From: Chrysomallon squamiferum
Taxonomy: Eukaryota; Animalia; Mollusca
Assembly (NCBI GenBank): GCA_012295275.1
Contig: CM022672.1
Location: 5,208,001-5,272,000 of the forward strand
Direction of reading: 5' to 3'
DNA: 64,000 nucleotides
Shown: piece by piece, positions 43,761 through 57,620 of the stretch
Layout of the letters: every line of letters begins with the position of its first letter
Position numbering within the stretch: the first letter of the stretch is position 1
Position numbers and translations under genes: made by a program
The notes under the pieces: model-generated
Seen by the model: only the letters and a program-made list of their open reading frames with translations
Told to the model about the DNA's origin: nothing
The model's database searches: none

Positions 43761-46445
43761 TTAAACATTTTTCCTTTACATTTTGAAAGTCTCACATACA
43801 AAAGATGGCGCCTGTCCGGTTTGCAGATAACTTCAACAAGATCCAGGTTACTTCCGGTGACATTTTTTGTCTTACGTTGTTCTATCAGTATCGTTTTAAA
43901 ATCAGCTTTTCTCTTGGGAAGAATTCCTTGGTGAAAAATAAGAAAATCTGCCTACCACAAGCATGCTTGAGCCTTTTTCCTGATAACAGTATAATCATCA
44001 CAAATTACCTAAACTCAGAATTTCATATTTTCCTTTTTAGTATACGTCTAATGTCTAAGAAAAAAAAAAATTAAAATTATTATTATTATTATTATTTTTT
44101 TTTTTAAAAATCAGAAAAGAAAAGGTATCTTAATGTTGTTAAATTTATATAGTCACAATGGTCTTTCAGTTAAAACAGTGATGCTAATGTACGCTGGAAT
44201 TACTCACAGTAATTTCTATTAACTGTAGATTAACTGTAGTGTGTTGGATACTGGATACCATCAGATGAAAAACTAGTCTAATATTTCGAAGTTGCTAGCT
44301 AAAATGATGAATTAAAGACAATGCTGTTCCATTGTGAAGAAAGAAAGCTTAGAACACACCGCTTTAGTTTGGTCGTTCAGAAGCGATAATTTTAGTAACA
44401 ATAAAAGCTGTTATTCTAAGTGTTGTTGTAGTAGTAATAGTTGTGTAATATAGCAGTATTTATCGAAGTTGTAGTATCAGTGGTAACAGTGGTAGAAATA
44501 GTCAGAGCAACATCAGTTGCACTAGTAGTAGTAGTAGCAGTAGTAGTTACAGCCACTAAACTGTCTGAGTGTTTGTAGTTAAAAACAAAGTATTTAAAGA
44601 CTGATGGTGAAAAATAACTTCCAAATTCGTAGTGTTTCAAGATGTTAGTTAAACATAATTTTCAAGGTCCAAGTGGGTAAGATTGTTAATTAAAATTAAT
44701 ATTCAATATTACAGTGTTCCACGATTACGTTTTAAAATAATTTCGAAGGTTTTATTGGTTCAGTTCATAATTTTAGTTGAATACTAATGCCGCAAGTTAT
44801 ACAGTATTTTGATTTGCAAAGAAACAAATTTGTATATTCTACATACATTCGTATATACAAACAGACATAAATAGACATGCACATACACTTACAAAAGCTG
44901 CTGTTTACTTTTAATTTCATGTTGTAAACATGATGAAATGCTATTTGCCCGATTTGCTTTCTATATTTAGCTAAACATATTCATCAGGTTTACATGCGGG
45001 GATTCGATGCTAAATAAAATATCGACGAAGTTCAAATTTTAACATGTTTTAACAAAACAAAAAAAAAAAAAAAAATTGCTGTGGCTTTGGAAGCGAATAT
45101 TTGCATTTAATTCCAAGATTTCACATTTGTTAAAAATCTCATCGGAAAACCTCTCAGTTTGATTTCACATAAATAAAGTTTTAAATTTAATTGTACCAGT
45201 TTGATTGCCATGTTTTTGTTCTGTATTCTTTTTAAAAAAATATATATATAATAATAAAGAAATAATTTATTCTATAAATTTTTTTTTTATTATATTCTGT
45301 TTATTTTTTTTTTTTCTCATAGATGATGGCTTGGCAACTTTTATTGCTAAAGCAAGCATCACTGTGGAGTTACCGCTGAAAAAGAAGGTTGACGGAACAG
45401 TTTTTGTTTTCTTCTATTGCTGTCGTTCAATGACTTCTTACGAGACGTGAGGGAACGTGTTAATGGCGGAAGACTACTCACTACATTATGAGAGAATTTT
45501 CTAAATGTTTCACTCTCGAGAAAGGCGTATGAACGAGGCCCATGTGACCAACAACGAAACTAAACGTTAGAGAGAAAGAGAAATTATTGATCAATCTACT
45601 CGATGCATTATCCCGCATCAAAACGAATAATACGACAACACTATTTTTATCATCTTTAATTTCGTTAAAAAGAAGACAAAGGAAGGATTCCCTCTTAATT
45701 TATTTGCTCTGCGAAATTCTGTAACGTTACCCCTGCAATATTTAGGAAGAATTTCCACATGGGACGAATTTCCAAAGTCGTTTTAAGAAATTGTGCCTGT
45801 GGTGGCACGACATTGATGACTGGCCCCTCGGGTCGAGGTGTACAAATTATTGCGGTGTAATATTTGTATTCGAATTTTTGCCATAACAGAACGGGCTGAA
45901 TCGAACGTGAGTCTGCAGCCCTGATAACCCCAAGGATTAGACTCGGAGAATAGGAGAATTATTTCGCGGTCCTCTGGGTATGCGCTTGGACCTCAAATGT
46001 CAGTTTTTCAAATGAGTTCCGTAGTGATGATAAATAGAAAGTCGCCGGTCGAATTGTAGCCGGTTCATCTTTAATGACTTTGTGAGCGAACGCACGCAAC
46101 ATCGTGATATAAGCCTGCAGAACTTTTTCAACTTCAGCGGGTTATTTTTTTTTTTGCCTTGGCTTGTATGATGGCGCCTAACAACAACAACGCTGGACAC
46201 GCGAATGTCGACTAAGTGTAAAGAAAACAAACGTACGAAAAGGACCGCGTACTTGCACTTTCACACAGTGGACTGCTGGGGTTAGGTGAACATGTGACTA
46301 TTAAGTATATTAAACTGAGTTTTAAAAAAAATATTTATTTTCTTCTTAATAAACGAGAAAAAAAAAGAGATGATAAGTTAGAAAAGTGACTTAGAGTGGG
46401 ACTGAGAGAAAGATATATGGAATGAAACAGAGAAAGAGGAGAGAC

Positions 46446-46488
<43 letters not shown>

Positions 46489-47753
46489 GTCAGAGACAGA
46501 GAAAGATTAATTAAAGGAGATAAACAGATATCAGTAACATTAAAAAATATATATAAACAAAAACAAAGCAGTAAATAATGCATACAAATTAATAATTAAT
46601 GTACAGTTTAATAAATTTTCATTATATTTATAAACAATTGTATAACATCAGAACAGCGAATATTCTTTCAGTCTCAAAATGAAAGAGAAAGAGAAAGACA
46701 AAGAATGAGAGATAAAAACAGATACAGAATGAGAGATAAAAACAGATACAGAAGGAGATAGTGTCCACGTTTTTCATCTTCCACTCTTGCAAGTTTTTAT
46801 CTGTGAATATCCGTGAATATTACACATCGCTACACTGAACAGCTACCCATATCGAAATGTGATGTGCAATATAAATACACTGATAATATTTTTATCTAAA
46901 AAATTAAAAATACAAAACAAAACAGCAACCAGGAAAAAGATATTAACTAACAATAAATCGAAAAAATAAAATTTGTAATTCAATTCCATTAGAGTTAAAG
47001 ATAAAATTAATAGCACAACGTAAAATAAATAATAAATGATTGAATAACAAAAGGGAAAATGAAGATATGGATTTAGATTGACAGAAACATCGATAGATGA
47101 TGAATGGATTTTCCTACACTGGAGGTATCGGGAGAGAATGGAAGAGAGAATGGAGGAGAGAATGAATGACAGATGGAAAACAGGATATACAAATGAATGA
47201 ATGCATGAGTAATATTATCTTGTTAGATTAACCAACTATGAAAAGAATAAATAATAATAATTATGAAAAACAAATAAAACCCCAAAAAATAAAATTTCAA
47301 AAACCCCACAAAAAAACCCCAATAAAATATGAAAAACAACGAATCTCGTAATTAGAGATAAATGATAAAAAAAGAAGAGAGAAAAAAGAAAAAAATCATA
47401 CACAAAAATTAAAGTATGATAAAATAAAATGGAGAAAAATTCAATTATAACAGAGAAGACCTCAGACACAATAATCAAAGTATGTTTTTACAAAAAAGAA
47501 AAAAGAAGAGGAATAACTAAGACAGAGCATCTAGAAAAGATTTTCACGGTTGTTTGTGAAGGCAATGGCGACGTGTACAAAGCAGTGTTTCACAGAACGC
47601 TGACGTGCAGCGCTGTGAAATATCATGAATTAAACAAAGCTAATACTCGCATTGCGTGCCGCCCCGCTCAGCCCATCATTTCACAATAAGATGTAATCAT
47701 AACGCAGATACGCGGTTCCAGAAATGCACAGGGCGGTTCCAGAAATGATTGCT

Positions 47754-48060
47754 TAGAGAGGCATTACGTGGCGTAAAAACAACAACAAAAACTTATTTCT
47801 TATCGTAGAGAGGCATTACGTGGCGTAAAAACAACAACAAAAACTTATTTCTTATCGCGTAGAGAGGCATTACGTGGCGTAAAAACAACAACAAAAACTT
47901 ATTTCTTATCGCGTAGAGAGGCATTACGTGGCGTAAGGAATGATTTTCAGGTAAAAACAACAACAAAAACTTATTTCTTATCGCGTAGAGAGGCATTACG
48001 TGGCGTAAGGAATGATTTTGACGTAACAACAACAAAAAAAACAAAAAACAAAACTTATTT
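47754..48060 (+). repeat. 52/54/72-bp VNTR with constant core TAGAGAGGCATTACGTGGCGTAA (5 copies)
   Basis: Core copies start at 47754, 47806, 47860, 47914, 47986. Confidence 0.92.
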
Positions 48061-48246
48061 TTTTTTGGCAAAAGGAATGATTGTAGTAATAATAAAACAA
48101 CAAAAAAAAAAATTATTTGTTGTTGTTGCGATAATTGTAGTAGTAATAAATATAGTTATTTATCGTGTTGTTGTTGTTATCAGTAGTAGAAGTAGTAGCA
48201 GTATTTATCGAAATTGTAGTATCAGTGGTAGAAGTAGTAAGAGTAA

Positions 48247-48298
<52 letters not shown>

Positions 48299-48609
48299 TA
48301 CAGCCATCAAAGACGTAGAGCAGTTTTCACAAACACGAGGCACATTTGTAAAGCAAGTAAATAAAATTAAAAAAAATCAGCGAATAGGTCGAGCCTTTTG
48401 TGACATAACATCTTCACTTTTGATTAATATACAGAAATTAACTTGAAAAAATAAAAACAAATGACTCAGAAAAGGTTCACAAGGCAACTACAAGCATCCC
48501 CAGTTTCATTGGACGCAATCCTAAAAGTTTTCTGGCTAAGCACTTGACAACAATAGTGGTACTAACAGCAGGATTAGCACTATTATTATTAGTAGTAGTA
48601 GTAATAGTT

Positions 48610-48678
<69 letters not shown>

Positions 48679-49568
48679 ATAGCAGCAACAGCAGCAGTTA
48701 AATTTCTTTGATGTTCTAATCAAATTACGATATCACTGTATACTTTTATTGAAAAAAAAAAAAATAAACAAACAAATAAAAAAAAATAAATAAATAAACA
48801 AACAAACAAAACAAAACAAATAAATAAATAAATAAAAATAAACAAAGTAAAAAAAAAAAAAAAATAAACAAAGAAAAAATAAATAAAAACAAACATAAAC
48901 AAATAAACAAATAAATAAGTAAATAAATAAATAAAAAACAAACAAACAAACCAAACCAAACAAAATAAATAAAAAAAAAAAAAAGAAAAAGAAATGACGG
49001 ACAGGTAGCTAAAAAAAAAAAAAAAAGAGAGACAGATAAACAACAAAGAAAAAAAAAGAAGTAATCCTGCCCCTCTAGAGAAAACTCTGTCTATTCCCTG
49101 TTTGTGAGTAACCCACTTGTATCAGCTCTCTATAAAAACACAAAAAAACATGGATTTGTTTTATCACCTGACAACAGTATTTATTAATTAATAAACATTT
49201 AATCAAAGTAAGTGGTATGTGTGTTTTAGTTTCTACAGATGTATATCGGCTGTGTTATAGATACCGGATCGTTCACAATAGCTGTATGGTATTTTTTTAT
49301 TTTTTTATTTTTTTTTTTGTTTGTTGTTGTATTATGTTTTGATAGCACTTAGTAAATCAGACAAAAAAAAAAAAAAAAAAACCTTAAAAAAAGCCAGAAC
49401 AATCTCGGAATATTTCGGACTAAAATCATAGGTTTAAATTATTAATGAGATCAAAGAGAAACTGCGAGAGACACAGTGGATGCTGTCTGTCATACAGCAC
49501 TGGTGATTAATAGTGATGTCAGTTTTATATGCATTTAATTTACAGACTCGATGATGATGATAGTAGTA

Positions 49569-49610
<42 letters not shown>

Positions 49611-49907
49611 TGATGATGATGATGATGATGATAAAATTTATGGAATACCTTTCATTTTTTTCGTTTCTTTTTGTTTAAACATGCTAACATTATTTATTTG
49701 AGTCTCTGTATTATTAATTTCAAAACACGTCCACATCATGGTTTTCTATACCAAACAAAAGAAAATTAAAAATCCAGTCAAAAATTAAAAAGATTAGCGC
49801 CTGCTTTTTCATATGCTTATGAAATCACGTACCAAAACTATATTAAACATTTCATTTATATGAACATAATTTTGAAAAATTGTGAAAACAGGTTAATTTT
49901 GATTCGG

Positions 49908-50600
49908 TTTTTTTTTTTAATTCTTTTTTTTTTTTTCCTTCTAATTTTACAGTTTACAAAACATGATTTACAAAATATAAATACAAGGAACAAAAACAAA
50001 AAATACTCACAGCACGAATAACAAGTATTTACAAAAACACGTGGGGTATTTCACAACAGAGCTCCTTTTTTACCTGATTGATATATCTACATGGTTATAT
50101 TAAATGTATATTTTTACAGATACATTTAAAAACCAGTTGATTAAACCAACTTTATATTAAAAACAAGAAAACTGAGACAAGGAATACACTTATTCAATGG
50201 CTTCTAGTACCTCAACAAAGAGACACCACTTTTTAATATGATCGTCCCCTTGCAAATTTATTTGTGATATTATTTTTTCTATCATATAATAACTTTTTAT
50301 CATGACTAGAAGACGAGGAATTGTAATGGTTTACATATATATATATCGTTTTGTTATTAAAATTAAATGATTAAATGATTAAATATTTTTTGTCCTGTTT
50401 GTAAACCAAATATTATCTTTCTATCGTTTATAACTGTACGGAATCCAGTAACATCAAAAATCCAAGATTTAAATTTGTCACTTTGGAACATTTTACAAAA
50501 AGGTGCCTGATCGTTTACTAATGTTCTTTACAGAATGTGCAAAGTGCATCGTCTCGAATCCCTATCCTACAAAGAAAGCTGTTTTGATCATTTTATAATT
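49908..50600 (-). mobile_element. Decayed 3' end of an L1/Tx1-clade non-LTR retrotransposon (ORF2 C-terminal CCHC zinc knuckle, 3' UTR, probable A-tail)
   Basis: Minus-strand translation 50583->50190: NSFLCRIGIRDDALCTFCKEH**TIRHLFVKC / IIFG / NHLILITKRYIY / IEKII / HIKKW, with stops and frameshifts; T-runs at 49908-49936 on + strand. Confidence 0.75.
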
Positions 50601-50995
50601 TCTATAATTTCAGTTACAGTAATTAAACAGCCATAGTAAGTAACTACAGAAAATTACAGAGTCCAGATAAATGTCATAAATTAACCGACTAAATTAATAA
50701 TGTGATACGTTTTAAAAAGCAAACATATTTCATGGAAATAATATTATTACGTAAGCACGTGCTTATTTAAGGTTACATTTGTATTTATTTTTTGTTGGGT
50801 TTTGTGTTTTTGTGATATTTTTATTATTGTTGTTACTGTTTTATAAATGTGTTTGTTTTTATGTTATAGGTCACCTTTTAATTTTGCGCACCGTTAAAAA
50901 TTCCAAGTTTCATCTTATATTGTACACATATTGATTTTCTGTACAACTGGATATCTATTTTTCCTTTTGTATTATTACTGTTATTATTATTACTG

Positions 50996-51054
<59 letters not shown>

Positions 51055-51159
51055 GCTGTTGTTATTATTAATTATAATATTGTCTCTACTGTTCTTTTTA
51101 ATATGTTACTGCTACTACTATTAAATTACTACTTCTACCAAATTACTACTTTTATTACA

Positions 51160-51190
51160 ATAACTACTACTCTACTACTACTACTACTAT

Positions 51191-51242
<52 letters not shown>
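51160..51242. repeat. (TAC)n microsatellite
   Basis: Direct observation. Confidence 0.9.
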
Positions 51243-51660
51243 GCTACAGCATATAAAATAAAAATAACCATTCCCGTATTTACGACGTTCGTACGCTTTG
51301 TCAGATATCAGAAAAACAAAATCGTTTTACAAATTTGACTTCAAAGGGGAGCTGTAATGTTTTATATATGAATTCGCCACCATGAGAATACTTTTGTTTT
51401 TCAACCCATTTGATTAATATTGATATTCACGCGTTATTTTCTACCAGTTTTATTCTATTTAAAAACACCATAGCACCACAGAGCTTTCCTTCCTCTTCAA
51501 TTAGTAATAACAGTTTTTTTTTTAGAATTGTTTATATATTTAATACAGTTTTGATTTAGACTGAGTTTATATAATATAAACTTATAAAATACATTCGATA
51601 TATATATCACTATTATTATTACTATTATAATTATAGTTATTATTATTATTATTATTATTA

Positions 51661-51733
<73 letters not shown>

Positions 51734-52915
51734 AAGAATAGCTATAAATCCGTTATAGTAGTAATAAATGTAGTAGTAGTAGTAGAAGAAGAAGTAGCAT
51801 AAGAAGTAGTAGTAGTATCTGTTACATTAATAATGAAAGTACTAGTAGTAATAGAAGTCGAAGTAGCCGAAGTGGTTGAAGTGGTAGACGTAGTAGTACT
51901 AGTAGTAGTGGTTTTATCAGGACTGCAAGTAGTAGTGATAGTAGTAATGTTGTTAGTAGTAGTGTAGTAGTAGCACTGCTAGAAGTAGTGTTGACAGTAT
52001 AAGCAGCAGTAATTACTGTTATTGTGTTGTTAACAGGAAAAACTATAATTTAAAAAAATATATTTTTTTATCAAATAACGGGTATTATAAAATGAACAAA
52101 ACAAAGAGTTTACGGGATTCGATACCACCAACCTGTGTACGCCAGGCTGTGCAGAAGCCAGTGACAATGTGACGATAGTTTATTGTCTTGCATACAGCTA
52201 TCAAAATAATTCATCAAGCGGTGAACATGCAGATCATTAAATTCCCATGACTGTGACTTTATGAGAAAATTGTCAGCCAATAGCTTCGTAAATTGTAATT
52301 TTCCCGTGTAGCAATAAAGCATCACCCACCCATTCGCTTAAACGCGCGTTCAGTTTAAAGAACGGCGTTTCAGTTAATGTCTGTTTGCGAACAATTATTA
52401 ATCCATTATAGCGAGAAGAGATATGCAACGCGCAATCGTTTGTGTTTTGGGTTTTTTTTTGGCAAAAGAAGAAGAAGTGAAAAAAAAAAAAAAATAAAAG
52501 ATTTCAATTGACGAAGATGATGTGAACGGTTTTTGTTGCATTCGTACATAAATTTGTTACCCAGTTCCGTACATAACGGAGGCTGGCTTCGTATAAATTA
52601 AGTTAGTGAAAAATAAACAATCTTTTCTTTCTGTCATTGTCGACCCATCATCGCGGAGCTCTCCGGTTTTCACTCGGCTTCGTCGGAAATTGAACGTCCT
52701 CAGCGATCTGTTTTATTTGACCGCGATGCGAGGGTATTGCACAATTTCGCGCCGTAAATGATGTTTTAGTGGCGAAAATGAAGGTAGTTTGTTGTTTTAA
52801 TCACGTTAAAATGAAACCGGGTTTAAGTTACACAAGAGATACAAACGTAATTTCATTTGCGAAAAAAACAGCATAAAGCGTTTCCTTATAGCCACGCAAC
52901 AAGAGAACGCCCTGC

Positions 52916-52956
<41 letters not shown>

Positions 52957-55155
52957 CATGTGACCTTAATTCGAGTATCCGTCGACATTAACAAACTGCC
53001 GAGATTCACAGCGGAGACTTTTAAGATGTTATTTATTGTGATTTTGTGCCAGTCGCTTTTGTTACAAACTAAACACAGCTAAAATAAATAAGGTTTTGTA
53101 AAACTCCTAGTAAAGACGATAGCAGAAATAAAATTTAATTTTTCCCGTTGTAAGATTTTATAGTTTCGCAAGGGCCAGCGTTTATAATATAACAAACCAA
53201 ATTAAGTTTGTGTCAAGTTTCTTTCCGTATTCTTTTTAAAATTATTATTATTATTATTATTATTTTTTTTTTTTTTTTAATTATAAACAATGAAGTTAAA
53301 TGTTATTATTAATGAAATAAAATTGTAATTATGACGTTAATTAAAACATCATTTCTAGCTGTTGTCTTTGTGTTGTTGCTGTTTTTGTTATTGTTATTGT
53401 TACTAATTTACTGATGGTTCTATTATTGTATTTTGCTGTTGTTGTTGGTTCTGTTGTACTGGATGGTATTAAGCATTACACTATAATTATGAAATAATAT
53501 CTTATTATCTTACTCATTATTACTCTTTTCTTATAAGCTTTTATAGACATTTTTTATAAGTTTTTTTTTTTATTTTTTATTATTATTTTTTTTTTTATGA
53601 CATTAATTTTTTTTAAAAACATTGACAGTTTTGTTTTAATATTTTATATATTAGTCTTTCAAAATACACCTTTCGGAAAAATTTCCAGTTTTACAATAAT
53701 CGTAAATGAATTTGATTAAAAACTTGTTATAATATTCTTTCATAATCTTTCATAAACAAGAACAGTTTATTTAATTTTCAAAAGTATATATGAGGAAAAA
53801 AAAAATGTTTATTAATTTTTTTTTTTTATTATAAACATGAATGAAATCATTTAAGATTTTTGCTATATTCTCACATACTTATACTTCATGTGTTTATAAA
53901 CAATTTAATAACAGTTTTGTTGACGATTTTAAAGGTTTATAAGATAATTTTAAATACATTTAAATTATCTTATAAACCTGTTTTAGTATTTGATTCCATG
54001 TTGTTACTGTACATATCATGAAATTATTGCAGATTTTACAATTCTGTTCAATACATCCGACGATTTGGCGAGTAAAGTTAAAAATGACAAAATTTGTCAT
54101 AAATATTTATTTCCTTTTTGGTGACATTAGGAAGAAAACTCTCTGCTGTTTAGCTTATAGTTTAGCAGCAAGGAATCTTTTATGTTTCTTTAGACAGGAA
54201 TGGAAATTTCACCATCGTTCATATCCTGATACGAAAGAAGAAACTCGATGGAGTTGCTATAACGTTTACCTCACGGTTTAGTAACAAGGGATATATATAT
54301 ATATATATATGAGTGTGTGTGCGTGTGCGTGTTTGTCTGTACGTCTGTGTTTCTTTAAACAGAGAGTAACGAAGATTTCGTTCACTTTGATAAAAAAAAA
54401 AAAAAAAAGATCGCTGATAAAAGGTTTGGAACGAGACAAAACAGCAAACACACGGTCAGAACGACATAAACACTTATATTCGTTTTATCTGCACATAAAC
54501 GTAGTCGCAGAAATAAACTGTTAGCATGACAGACGACACTCGATCACATCACACAAACACATCGCGTTGTCATCTCCAGTTTCTGTCACCGGGCTAACAG
54601 AACGTCCTAGGCGTCATCAACAAAGACTTAGAGAGACACACAGAAATATGAATATGGAAAATCCATTTTCAATTTCACACGGAAAATAATTATCCGGGTT
54701 CGCTTCCGAAATAACGACATCTTGTATGAAATTATTCTGAACTTTTTCTTCAAGTTTTCACTATTAAGTCGCGTCCCTTGGGCTGCCATCGATAGCCGGT
54801 CCAATCGAAGCTAGCCGGAATACGGGCTCGGACCCATCACGTATAATATTTCAAAGCAAAGGACGTACTAACAAGACCATTACGGAGGCGAGAAATCTAT
54901 TTCGCTTCACCATCTGTGTCCGACTTCGGTTATCAGTTATCGGGATAAAGGTGAAAGGTCAAATTGATTTTCCAGACTGTGCCTGGGATCTTGCAGTCCT
55001 TCCATCTCTATGAACAGTTTTAATTCCCCCGTTTCATGCGCGAAAAAACGTTGGGAGGGGGTAGGGGGAGGGGGGAAAACGTTCCTCCCGCCATTTTTGC
55101 CCAGCTAAAAAAAATTGTTCCTATTTTTTTTTTTTTTTTTCTTATTTTTGTTATG

Positions 55156-55193
<38 letters not shown>

Positions 55194-55194
55194 C

Positions 55195-55230
55195 ACCCTC
55201 TTTACGTTTCAGATTTTGGATCCGCTCCTG
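55195..55230. mobile_element. Possible MITE terminus (...TTTTGGATCCGCTCCTG)
   Basis: Resembles the reverse complement of CAGGGGCGGATCC-type TIRs (from memory); matching left end not found. Confidence 0.25.
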
Positions 55231-55587
55231 AAGTTTGTTTCCTTTATAAAAGAACACGTTCGTGATGATAACGATAAAAGGAATATTTTGTCATGTTTTA
55301 AATTTGAAAACCATGACGAAAAACGACAGTGTATCTCTTGAAAAAGAAAAGACATTCAAAGAATTTCTCAGAGAAATGCACACATAATTAACTCAGTGTC
55401 TTTTTTAACGTGAATGATATTTAAAAATTTAATTTAATAGCAAATGTAATAAGTTAGATATGCCTTAATTTTCTTGAAAATGTACTATTTTCATAGTTGG
55501 ATCATAAATAATAATAATAATAATAGTATTAATAATAACAACAACAACAATAATAATAATAATAATAGTATTAATAATAATAATAGT

Positions 55588-55624
<37 letters not shown>

Positions 55625-55693
55625 TAACAACAGAAAATAGAAAATGATACAATAATAGCAATAATAAATAAATAAATATAATTATATTATATT

Positions 55694-55737
<44 letters not shown>

Positions 55738-57295
55738 ATATCCAAATCATAATTACATAATTACATAATTAAAAATAAATAATAAATAATAAAAACAAAT
55801 AAAACAAAGACAAACAAAGAAACAAAACAGAACACAAAGAAACCAAATAAACTAATAATTACTTAAATACAAAACTAACTAACAGCACGGACTGGAGAGA
55901 CTAGCGCGCCTGTGTTGTAGACAAATCCGTGACAAACGAAACACGAGACACACGCAAAACAAAATATTCCCATGGCCTGTGTCCACTGGTCAGCACAAAA
56001 AACACGATTTTATTGTTTTAGTGGATACGTTTATGTGGAAACAGCTCACTTTTATTTGTAACACGCTGGTAAATCCAGGCTTATTTGTTCATCAGTTTGT
56101 CAGCGGATGGCATCTCCAGTCATTTTTTCATTCTTTTTTGTTTTTCTTTATATTTTTTTTTTTTTTACTTGGACATCTGAGTTTTATTCCCACGGAGCAC
56201 AAGTTTTATTGTTAAATGTATTTTGTTAGTTTATTTCCCCACATATTGCGGAGTTTTTTATATATATAAATATATTATTGTTATTGTTCGGGTGTTTTTG
56301 TAGTTTTTTTTGGGGGGGATTGGGTTTGTTTTTTTGTTTTGTTTTTATTTTTGTTCCCACATATTGTGTTCTCTTTACTAAAATTTATTTGTATTTTTAT
56401 TCCCATAAATTGCGTTTTGTTATTTTAATTCGTATATATATATATACTGTTTTGTTATTTTAAAAGTATTTTATATTTTTATACCCTTTATATATTGTGT
56501 TTTTAAATTTTTATTCCTATACACTGCGTGTTGTTATTTTTTGTTATTTTTATTCCTGTACATAGAGAGATTAAGATATAAATATAGGTATAAATGTAAT
56601 AAATTACTTGAAAATATTATAGTTTTTGATTTCTAGGTTTTCTAGTGAAAGTAAAATATTATAAATATGAATAAACATTATATATTTGCGTATATCTGTG
56701 CGTGTGTGTGTGTTTATAAGTGTATAATTCAGTGTTCGTGTGTACGTATAGTATGTACATCAAGCGGTACAGTAAAATATAATGCATAAATCACAATACT
56801 TTGAATATAAATGAATAATCACCTTTATATAAAAGGAAAGAAAAATTAACAAAACAGTACAACACGCTGTAAAAAAATAAGAAATATGAATCACGTATTA
56901 TTCATTTACATATATGCACATATAGATTCATACTTTTATACTTTCATACCTCTATACCTACATACATACATACATTCATATATACATACTTACATACATA
57001 CACACATACACACATACACACACACATAATTACATCTGGAGTATTACTCTAATAATTACAGTCATTTCTGTCATCTCTTGTTTCCACGTAACACAAACTT
57101 CGCCATCCTCAAGCGACGAAAACGAAATGACAAATTAACTGAAATATGGCCTGATTTACGTTAATTAATCTTTTGTCGTGTTATTTGTATGGCGTACTAG
57201 ATGAACATCAATAAGTAATAAAGATTTCTCCGCGAGGAAAATACCCGTAACGTCAGGGTCCGGTACCGTCCATTCATACCCGGAGTCTCTGCGGA

Positions 57296-57331
<36 letters not shown>

Positions 57332-57578
57332 CTGTGATGGGCAAAACGCTTCGTCCCAATGGCGTGCGTAGCCACACAACGGTAAAAAAAAAAAAAAAAA
57401 AAAAAAAGATAAAAAACAAAACAAAAAGGGATTGGACGAGCATATAGATATCCCGGTTTGTTTTTACTATTGAATAGAGATCGAGTTTAGTCTTATAGTT
57501 AATCATAATGTTAGACTTAGTCTTTTGTTTGTGTTGTTTGTTATTTTTATGTGTGGAGGTGAAGAGGAGTGTTTGTAG

Positions 57579-57620
<42 letters not shown>

